Shown piece by piece: positions 34,280 through 41,812 of a DNA stretch of 64,000 nt. The DNA is from a bacterium (GTDB lineage: Bacteria; UBA8248). A model generated the notes under the pieces. That model saw only the letters and a program-made list of their open reading frames with translations, did no database searches and was not told the origin of the DNA. Made by a program: the position numbers and the translations under genes. How positions within the stretch are numbered: the first letter of the stretch is position 1; every line of letters starts with the position of its first letter. The stretch lies in the NCBI GenBank assembly GCA_965203325.1, contig OZ241875.1, positions 3,104,001-3,168,000 of the forward strand. Direction: 5' to 3'.

Positions 34280-35389
34280 ATGAACGAGGAGACGCCGGAG
34301 ACCAGGGCCGGCCGGCGCATCATGGCCGGTTTCGAGGGAACCGCCGCCCCCTCCTCGCTCCTGGCGCGCGTCCGCGCGGGAAGAGTCGGCGGCGTCATTC
34401 TTTTCCAGCGGAACATCGAGTCCGCTGCGCAGACCGCCGCCCTCATCGCCACTTTGCAAGAAGCCGCCCTCGCCTCGCCGCTCGAAGCTCCTCTTCTCGT
34501 CGGAATCGACCAGGAAGGCGGGCGCGTGAGCAGGCTTTCGGACGATTTCACGATCTTTCCGGCGGCGCGGGGATTCGGCGATGCGGGCGAACCCGCCCTC
34601 GCGCGGGAAGCGGCAAGGGTCACTGGCACTGAATTAGAGGCCATAGGCGTGAACGTCAACTTTGCGCCCGCCGTGGACATTCTCACGAACCCCGAATGCG
34701 CCGTCATCGGCGACCGCGCCTTTGGCGAATCACCCCAAGTCGTGGCCCAAATGGGCGAGGCCGTAACGCAGGGCTTGCAGGAAACGGGCGTCGCCGCGTG
34801 CGCCAAGCATTTCCCCGGCATCGGCGACATGGCCCCCGACCCCCACGAGGTGCTGCCGACCTCACGCCTCACGCTCGACGATCTGAGAACGCGCGAGTTG
34901 GAGCCGTTCCGCCACCTCATCCGCCGCACGCCGCCCGCCTGCGTCATGATCGCCCACGCCGTTTTCGAGGCGATAGACGAAACGACTCCTGCGAGCCTGT
35001 CCCCCGTTTTTCTCCAAAATATCCTGCGCGGAGAACTCGGTTTCAGAGGCGTCGCCGTAACCGACGATCTGGACATGGGCGCGATAGACGACGCCGCAGA
35101 CGCAGCGCTTCAAAGCATCCTCGCCGGGGCGGACATCGCCCTCATCTGCCACTCGGAAGACGCACAGGAACGAGCGGTCGATGCGGTTGCGAAGGCCATC
35201 AGAGACGAACGCCTCCCCCCGGAACAGGAGGAGGTGTCATCGGATCGGATACGCAGACTCAAGGAGAGCTACTGCCGCCCGAACTGGCGGAAGGAGATGC
35301 TCGAAGTTATCGGGTGTGTGGAGCACCGAAGAGCGCACTCGAGAATCCTCGAGGCACTGGAGGTGGCCGAACAGTCAGGGGGTTGTTGA
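34280..35389 (+). CDS. nagZ: Beta-N-acetylhexosaminidase (GH3)
   Basis: GGVILF.RN, DQEGGRVSR, NFAP..D, KHFPG.G...DPH, TDDLDMGA. Confidence 0.85.
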   Translation: MNEETPETRAGRRIMAGFEGTAAPSSLLARVRAGRVGGVILFQRNIESAAQTAALIATLQEAALASPLEAPLLVGIDQEGGRVSRLSDDFTIFPAARGFGDAGEPALAREAARVTGTELEAIGVNVNFAPAVDILTNPECAVIGDRAFGESPQVVAQMGEAVTQGLQETGVAACAKHFPGIGDMAPDPHEVLPTSRLTLDDLRTRELEPFRHLIRRTPPACVMIAHAVFEAIDETTPASLSPVFLQNILRGELGFRGVAVTDDLDMGAIDDAADAALQSILAGADIALICHSEDAQERAVDAVAKAIRDERLPPEQEEVSSDRIRRLKESYCRPNWRKEMLEVIGCVEHRRAHSRILEALEVAEQSGGC

Positions 35390-35730
35390 AAAAGCCCTTG
35401 TCAAGGGAGCGAACGCTCCCACCCCGGTCGCGTTCGACCCCCCAACTCCCCTTGTCGGGGCTGTTGAAAAAGCCCAAGGAGAGAGGAATCACTCCCCCCT
35501 TGAGGGGGAGTCGGTGAGGTGAGGGGGGTTTTACCCGAAACCGAACCGGTGGGGGGAGTTTTTTCTGTGGCATGTCCCCCCACCGAATCGGCCTTCGCCA
35601 AGGCTCGGCCTCTTCGACTCCCCCTCAAGGGGGGAGTGGATTTGAAATTCTCGTCCGTGGAGAGCGATCTCCGTTGGGGTCGTATACCGCCTTTTTTTAC
35701 CCCCCTGACAAGGGGGGTAGGGGGGTTGGT
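35378..35730. repeat. Composite intergenic repeat between nagZ and ychF
   Basis: Two TGTTGAAAAAGCCC ends, an ACTCCCCCTTGAGGGGGAG/CTCCCCCTCAAGGGGGGAGTG pair, and a CCCCCTGACAAGGGGGGTAGGGGG arm. Confidence 0.75.
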
Positions 35731-35742
35731 TTTGAGTTACGC

Positions 35743-36801
35743 TCACACGTTAAACCGCACGTGGAAGATGTCGCCGTCGTGGACGACGTAGTCCTTGCCC
35801 TCGAGCCGGAGCGTTCCCCTGTCCCGCGCCGCGGCGAGCGAACCTGCCGCCATGAAGTCGGGGAACGAGATTACCTCCGCGCGGATGAAACCGCGCTCGA
35901 GATCGGAGTGAATCGTCCCCGCCGCATGGAGCGCGACCGTGCCCGCGCGAACCGGCCATGCGCGTACCTCCTCCTCGCTCACCGTGAAGAAACACCTGAG
36001 ATTGAGCAGCGAGAACGCCGCCTGAATCACCTTGTCGAGCGCTGAGGATTCGAGAGCGTAATCGGCGAGAAACGCAGCCCTCTCATCGGGGGGAAGTTGG
36101 GCGAGTTCTTCTTCGAGCCTCGCGGCCAGGACGACGGGCGTCTCTCCGTTCAGTTTGGCGAAAGCGTCCGCCTCTCCCAGCTGATCCTCGCCCACGTTCA
36201 CCACGAAGAGCAGCGGCTTGGCGGAGAGAAAGCCGAACCCTTTGACGGAGCGCGCTTCCTCCGCGCTCATCTGCATCGAGCGGACGGGGCGGCCCTCTTC
36301 GAGCGCTTCGCGGATGCGTCCCAAAAGCGCGAACTCCGCCGCCTCGGCAGGATCGCGTTTAAGCTTCACCAGGCGCTCCAGACGCTCCACCCGCCGCTCG
36401 ACGACGTCGAGGTCGCGCAGCATCAGGTCGAAGCGTACGTCGGCCAGATCGCGCGCGGGGTCGACGCTCTCCTTCGGGTGCGGAACGCCTGCGTCCTCGA
36501 AGGCGCGCACCACCACCAGGAGCGCGTCCGCGCCCTCCAGCGCCTGCGGGATGGCCTCGGCGCTCTTCGCGGCGCCCGCATCGCCCACGCCCGGCGCATC
36601 CACGAAGTTGACGCTCGCATGCGTCGTCTTCTTCGGCTTGAAAACCCCGCTCAGGGCGTCCACCCGGGCGTCTGCCACCGCCGCTGCGCCCACGTTCACC
36701 CGCGCGGCGCCGTATCCCCCCGTTATGGCCGTGCCGCCCGTGAGCGCGTTGAACAGCGTCGTCTTGCCACTGGCTGCGGGGCCGATGATGCCGATTTTCA
36801 C
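35743..36801 (-). CDS. ychF: Redox-regulated ATPase YchF (Obg family)
   Basis: G...SGKTTLFNALT, D.RVD.L....PKK, AG.IHSD.ERGFIRAEV, RLEGKDYVV.DGDI...RFNV. Confidence 0.92.
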   Translation of the reverse strand: MKIGIIGPAASGKTTLFNALTGGTAITGGYGAARVNVGAAAVADARVDALSGVFKPKKTTHASVNFVDAPGVGDAGAAKSAEAIPQALEGADALLVVVRAFEDAGVPHPKESVDPARDLADVRFDLMLRDLDVVERRVERLERLVKLKRDPAEAAEFALLGRIREALEEGRPVRSMQMSAEEARSVKGFGFLSAKPLLFVVNVGEDQLGEADAFAKLNGETPVVLAARLEEELAQLPPDERAAFLADYALESSALDKVIQAAFSLLNLRCFFTVSEEEVRAWPVRAGTVALHAAGTIHSDLERGFIRAEVISFPDFMAAGSLAAARDRGTLRLEGKDYVVHDGDIFHVRFNV

Positions 36802-36877
36802 GTTCTAACTCCTAAATGCGCCATGAACGAACAAACGCGCGCGAGTGTAGGAGAACGGAGGCACGAGGTCAAAAGGG

Positions 36878-37118
36878 GTGGGGTGTGTAGGGGCGGGCCT
36901 GCGTGTCCATCCCATCACCCCGTTTCATGACGCCCGACTCCGCATGGGAGAGCACATAGTCAGACATATATGTCTGACCCCTACGAAATCATTGCGGCCA
37001 CCGGAGGGACAACCCCCCGTGGTTGTCCTTTGCAGGGTGGACAGGGCCAGGACAGGTACGGGGGCCTGTCCCTGCAAAACCTGCAATCCTCGTTCCTCGG
37101 GGCTTTTTCAACAAGCCC
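36878..37118. repeat. REP/MITE-like repeat cluster at the left edge of the RiPP cluster
   Basis: GTAGGGGCGGGCC, CCCCTAC, CCCCGTGGTTGTCC and GGGGGCCTGTCCCT (shared with 21716-21804), CTTTTTCAACAAGCCC. Confidence 0.65.
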
Positions 37119-37332
37119 TTGAGGGGCCGCTCCGGGAGCGTGGAGGCCCGTGTGGGGGATGCCGCTCGATGCGCACTCGGCGTAACCCTCGTCGGTCAAG
37201 CACGCGGAATTACTCGATTCACGACGGCCTGCACCGGATTTTGAAGCGGCTCGATTCGACAATGGCTCATATCCGCAATTTCGTCTATATTTTGAAAAGG
37301 CAATGGGCCGACACCTATAAAAGTGACGTGGG

Positions 37333-38610
37333 ATGATACAGCCGGGCGCTACATCTTTACGGAAGATCGCGGTTGTCGGGAGAGGAACCGCAGGCTCCCT
37401 TGCGGCCGCCAAGGTCACTCGTCTTCTGCCCGAGAGCGACCATGAGCTGCACCACATATATGACTCGCGTATCCCGGCCCTCGGCGTGGGCGAAGGCAGC
37501 TGGCCGAGCCTGGTTCAGGAATTGCAGGAACTGACGAATCTGCCCCATGAAACCATCCAGCAGCGCTTGAATGGAACGCGCAAGTACGGCGTGACGTTCG
37601 AGGGATGGGGCCGGCGCAACCAGGACTTCACCCACTATTTCACGCCGCAACAGGTGTCCTACGCCTACCACCTGTCCGTCGACTTGATGGCGGACCTGCT
37701 GCATGAAAGCACGCGCGCGCGCCACATCGACGCGAAAGTACTCGATATCACCAGGGTGGAAGGCGGCGCGCAAGTGGAATTCGAGGGCCTGCCGCCGGAG
37801 CGCTACGACCTGGTTTTCGATGCTCGCGGATTTCCCCGAGAACTCGATCCCGAACGGCACATCGAACTCTCTTTCATTCCCACCAATACAGCCGTCATCC
37901 GCCGCTGTCCGGCAATCGTCGAAGCAGAGCAGGACGGACCGGTTCTGCAACCTACCTATACCCGGGCGGTTGCGCGTCCGCATGGTTGGATAGTCGTTAT
38001 TCCGCTTACGGCACACACATCCTACGGGTACGTCTTCAACCGAGACGTATCCGGCCTTGACGAAGTCGAATCGGACTTTGACGCTTTCCTCGAAAGCGAC
38101 GGCGTGTCGGAATTCGAGCAGCGCGCCGTCATTCCGTTTCCCAATTTCGTCCACCGCCGGATATTCGACGGCGCGGTAGTCCGCATCGGCAACGCAGCCG
38201 CTTTCATGGAACCCCTCGAAGCAACGGCGATCGTATCCGGACAGGTGGAGGTCGGGATGGCTCTCCAAATACGCCTGAACCGTTCGGCAGACCATCTCGA
38301 GCGTGACGCGCCGGTGGTCAATCGATTCCTCATCAACAACATGCTCTGCTTCGGCTTGTTCGTCGGTTGGCACTATTCCTGCGGCTCGAAGTACGATAGC
38401 GAATTCTGGAGATACGCCCGCGACCACGCCTGGCCGCAGCATCGAAAGGTGGCGGACCCTGAGTTCGTGGATTGCGACGCGCTCCGCAAATTCGACGAAA
38501 TGATTGAACTGAAGAACCAGTCGATCATTGACAAATCGGACTGGAATCGGACGTTGGCGTACTTCCCTCTCTCCTGTTATTGCCAGATGTCCCAGGGGCT
38601 GGGCTGCTAG
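37333..38610 (+). CDS. srpI: Flavin-dependent halogenase (tryptophan halogenase family), likely peptidyl-Trp halogenase
   Basis: GRGTAG FAD motif, GVGEG, catalytic Lys region GTRKYGV.F.GW, GWIVVIPL, GNAAAFMEPLEAT; context of an LCCCW precursor. Confidence 0.8.
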   Translation: MIQPGATSLRKIAVVGRGTAGSLAAAKVTRLLPESDHELHHIYDSRIPALGVGEGSWPSLVQELQELTNLPHETIQQRLNGTRKYGVTFEGWGRRNQDFTHYFTPQQVSYAYHLSVDLMADLLHESTRARHIDAKVLDITRVEGGAQVEFEGLPPERYDLVFDARGFPRELDPERHIELSFIPTNTAVIRRCPAIVEAEQDGPVLQPTYTRAVARPHGWIVVIPLTAHTSYGYVFNRDVSGLDEVESDFDAFLESDGVSEFEQRAVIPFPNFVHRRIFDGAVVRIGNAAAFMEPLEATAIVSGQVEVGMALQIRLNRSADHLERDAPVVNRFLINNMLCFGLFVGWHYSCGSKYDSEFWRYARDHAWPQHRKVADPEFVDCDALRKFDEMIELKNQSIIDKSDWNRTLAYFPLSCYCQMSQGLGC

Positions 38611-38640
38611 GCGCCGGTCTTGGGAAATTTCAACATCGGT

Positions 38641-38756
38641 TGATTCTACGCCATTGGTTTGGCCCCCCCGAGTCAAGAAACGAGGAAACGGAGGATGGCC
38701 AGGAAGGTCTGCAAGTCGGAGAAGATCGTTTGTCTGCTGCGTATGGAGTCCGTTTC
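38641..38756 (+). mobile_element. Degenerate IS3-family left end with orfA 5' fragment
   Basis: TG start; GGAGG then ATG at 38695 encoding MARKVCKSEKIVCLLR, similar to IS3 OrfA N-termini (M.RK....E.IV..LR). Confidence 0.4.
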
Positions 38757-38915
38757 AGGCCGTTGAAAAAGTCCCCGCCCTGTGGTTTCGTATAATTTTC
38801 AGCGCCCGTGAGGGGGAATCTCCGGAGATGTCGGGACGCAGACGGCGCGAGCAACCGGAATTGTTCGCGGCCGGTTCTCTGGAGCAACTCATCCCGGAGG
38901 ATAACGATCTGTTCC
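38757..38915 (+). mobile_element. IS1182-like left end and transposase N-terminal remnant
   Basis: AGGCCGTTGAAAAAGTCCC end, then ATG 38828 MSGRRRREQPELFAAGSLEQLIPEDNDL. Confidence 0.6.
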
Positions 38916-39048
38916 GTGCAACGGCAATCCGCTACTCCCAAACCGTGACATTTCTTGATCTGGATTGCCTGTAATTTTATGAGATATTTCCAAATGGGGT
39001 GAGATTTTTCACCTTGCCTGATTGCTACAAGGAGGCTACTCTGCGGTC

Positions 39049-39600
39049 GTGTTCAACAATCCGTTCGACTCATTTCATAAAACTGTTGCCGAAGCGAAGG
39101 AAGAACGCGAACAACTCGATCGGCTACTGACAGTTTCCACGCCGCGGGAGCGTCTGCTTGTCGCCGCCATTGCGCTTTTGCTGTGCATCCTCTCGGCATG
39201 GCTTTTCTTCGGCAACGTGGCTCGTAATATTGTGGTAGACGGCGCACTGGTCAAACAGGGCGAAAACTTGCCCGAGGGCAGACGGTCCGTGCAGGTCCTC
39301 GTCTGGGTCGAGAGCGGCATCGTTCCTCATATCGAGGCCGGGATGCCGGTGATGATTGAGCCGGATGCGGCAGACGGAGAAACAGGCGCACTTGCCGGAG
39401 AGGTCAGGGCGATTTCTGCCGTGCCCTTTTCCGGGGGGCTGGCTGCGTTTGGGTCCGCAGCGCCGGTGTCCGTGTACCGCATTGATATCGCGCTCGAAGA
39501 AAGTCTCGATTTGAGTTCCCTTGCGGGCAGGAAATGCCGGATTGTCATAGAGCTTGGCAGGCAATCTCCGATCGCACTATTTCGAATGAGGCGGTCATAA
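39049..39600 (+). CDS. Short NHLP-system secretion accessory protein (HlyD-like, lacking the coiled coil)
   Basis: EQLDRLLTV.TP..plus TM helix; C-terminal RQSPI.L; AAGGAGG upstream of GTG; directly before the NHLP ABC genes. Confidence 0.7.
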   Translation: MFNNPFDSFHKTVAEAKEEREQLDRLLTVSTPRERLLVAAIALLLCILSAWLFFGNVARNIVVDGALVKQGENLPEGRRSVQVLVWVESGIVPHIEAGMPVMIEPDAADGETGALAGEVRAISAVPFSGGLAAFGSAAPVSVYRIDIALEESLDLSSLAGRKCRIVIELGRQSPIALFRMRRS

Positions 39601-39601
39601 G

Positions 39602-41812
39602 ATGCCGTCTCTCACCTCCCCAAAAGCCGGCGATAAGGCCTCTTCGGACACATCGGCGCAGAGGGTAACCACGCCGATTCTGCTGCAGATGCATGTTTCA
39701 GAATGTGGCGCCGCCTGTCTCGGCATCGTACTGGCCTACTTCGGGCGTTGGGTGCCGCTTACCGAATTGCGCGAAAAATGCGAGGTGAGCCGGGACGGCA
39801 GCAGCGCCGCAAGCATCTTGCGCGCCTCCAGACACTATGGTCTCGAATGCAGTGGGCTCAGCATACGCGCCGAACAACTGAAAAAGCTGGAGTTGCCCTT
39901 GATTTTGTTCTGGCAATTCAGCCATTTCGTTGTCCTCGATGGATTCGATGGACGCTATTTCTATCTCAACGACCCCTCCACGGGGCGGCGCAGGGTTTCC
40001 GCCGAAGAGTTCAACAAGGGCTACAGTGGCATTGCGCTTCGTTTCAAGTGCGGCGCCGATTTCAGGCCCGGAGGCGAGCAACCCGACTTGTTCAGGCAAT
40101 TGGGCGCCTTGCTCTCCGGATCATGGAGTGTGCTTACCGGGGTGATTGCCTGCGGACTCATGTTGACGTTATTGACATTGATTATTCCCGCATCTCTCGG
40201 TGTTTTCGTCGACGATGTAATGAACAAACATGGGTCCTGGGGCGGATTGGTGACTGCCTTGCTCGGCGGCGGCGTCCTGGTATACGTCCTGTCCTTGCTC
40301 AAACACCGGTTCCTCAAGCGGCTCTCGGTCCGCTTGTCGGTGATTGGGTACAGTCGCGGCATGTCACGGCTGCTGCGGTTGCCGGTGGAGTTTTTTGAGC
40401 ACAGACTGGCGGGCGATCTGACCGATCGAGTCTCGTCCACCGACAGAATCGCCAAGAATCTGGCGGATCAGTTTCTTGTGCTCATCATCGACATGGCGAT
40501 GAGCGTGGTGTTGCTCGTGGCGATGTTCACCTACGATATCCTGCTCACGCTGGTTGTGCTTTTGCTGGCCCTTCTGCACGGGATGTTGGCCCACTTTCTC
40601 AACGCCCTCCGGGTTGTTCGAAGTCAGGCGATGAGACGCGAGCAGGGGTTGCTGATTGGCCTCGGTATGCAGATGTTGAGTCACGCGGACAATCTGCGCA
40701 TGACGGGAGCGGATGACCGGTTTTTTTCGCGCTGGAGTGGTCAACAGGCGCGTGAACTGCGTGCGCGCCAACTGTATTCCGAACTGGGCTCCGTCAATAC
40801 CTCGCTTCCGGGGCTGATTGACGCACTCCGCAGTGCGGCGATTCTCGGCATCGGGGGCAGTTTGGTCATGACCGGAGAAATGACCCTGGGGATGCTGGTC
40901 GGGTTTTACATCCTGGCGGAGATGTTTCTGGCTCCCGTCAAGCGATTTTTGGAGTTTGCGGAAAACCGTCAGGCGCTCGAAACCGATATGCAACGGTTCG
41001 AGGACATCTCCAAAACCGATGAAGATCCCGTTTTCAGCCGCAGGAGTCCGGAGCCGGAGTCAATCCCCACGTTCAACGGCCGGCTCCAGCTTGCGGGCCA
41101 ACTCGAACTGAGAAACGTCGCCTTCGGCTACAACAAGAGCCGACCGCCTTTGATAAAGGACTTCAGCCTCGTGATCAAGCCGGGGCAGCGCGTTGCCGTG
41201 GTCGGTCCCAGCGGTTCCGGCAAGTCGACCCTGGCGCGTCTGGTTTCGGGTGTCTATCAGCCCTGGTCGGGTGAAATCCTGTTTGATGGTCATCCGCGGG
41301 ATCAGGTTCCAGAAGAAGTGCTGCGGCAGTCCATATCCATGGTGGATCAGGAGATCGTGCTCTTTTCCGCTTCCCTGCGCGACAATATTACGTTGTGGAA
41401 CCCGGCCATTCCGGATGAAGTCATCTTCGCCGCGACACGGGATGCCCAGATCCATGACGAAATCCTGCTTCGAGCGCAGGGATATACGACCCTCGTCGAA
41501 GAGGGCGGGGCGAATTTCAGCGGCGGCCAGCAGCAACGCCTCGAAATCGCCCGTGCGTTGGTGGGCAATCCGACAGTGCTCATTCTGGACGAGGCTACCA
41601 GCGCACTCGATGCCGCAACGGAGGAATATGTCGATGATGCCCTGCGGCGTCGCGGCGTCACGTGCCTGATCGTTGCGCACCGGCTGAGCACCGTGCGGGA
41701 TTGCGATAGAATCATCGTGCTCGACAAAGGCGTCACGGTGCAATGCGGCACGCACGACGAGTTGATCGCGGATCGGGACGGCACGTATTACAAACTGGTG
41801 AAGTCGGGCTGA
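39602..41812 (+). CDS. NHLP bacteriocin export ABC transporter, C39 peptidase/permease/ATPase
   Basis: TP.LLQM...ECGAACL, VSRDGS, HFVV, LNDP; GPSGSGKST, FSGGQQQR, LDEATSALD. Confidence 0.93.
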   Translation: MPSLTSPKAGDKASSDTSAQRVTTPILLQMHVSECGAACLGIVLAYFGRWVPLTELREKCEVSRDGSSAASILRASRHYGLECSGLSIRAEQLKKLELPLILFWQFSHFVVLDGFDGRYFYLNDPSTGRRRVSAEEFNKGYSGIALRFKCGADFRPGGEQPDLFRQLGALLSGSWSVLTGVIACGLMLTLLTLIIPASLGVFVDDVMNKHGSWGGLVTALLGGGVLVYVLSLLKHRFLKRLSVRLSVIGYSRGMSRLLRLPVEFFEHRLAGDLTDRVSSTDRIAKNLADQFLVLIIDMAMSVVLLVAMFTYDILLTLVVLLLALLHGMLAHFLNALRVVRSQAMRREQGLLIGLGMQMLSHADNLRMTGADDRFFSRWSGQQARELRARQLYSELGSVNTSLPGLIDALRSAAILGIGGSLVMTGEMTLGMLVGFYILAEMFLAPVKRFLEFAENRQALETDMQRFEDISKTDEDPVFSRRSPEPESIPTFNGRLQLAGQLELRNVAFGYNKSRPPLIKDFSLVIKPGQRVAVVGPSGSGKSTLARLVSGVYQPWSGEILFDGHPRDQVPEEVLRQSISMVDQEIVLFSASLRDNITLWNPAIPDEVIFAATRDAQIHDEILLRAQGYTTLVEEGGANFSGGQQQRLEIARALVGNPTVLILDEATSALDAATEEYVDDALRRRGVTCLIVAHRLSTVRDCDRIIVLDKGVTVQCGTHDELIADRDGTYYKLVKSG

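Noticed and set aside
35378..35730. CRISPR-like appearance of the repeat clusters (also 52804-53023 and 59058-59357)
   Set aside because: No regularly spaced identical direct repeats with unique spacers and no cas genes; the units are inverted repeats
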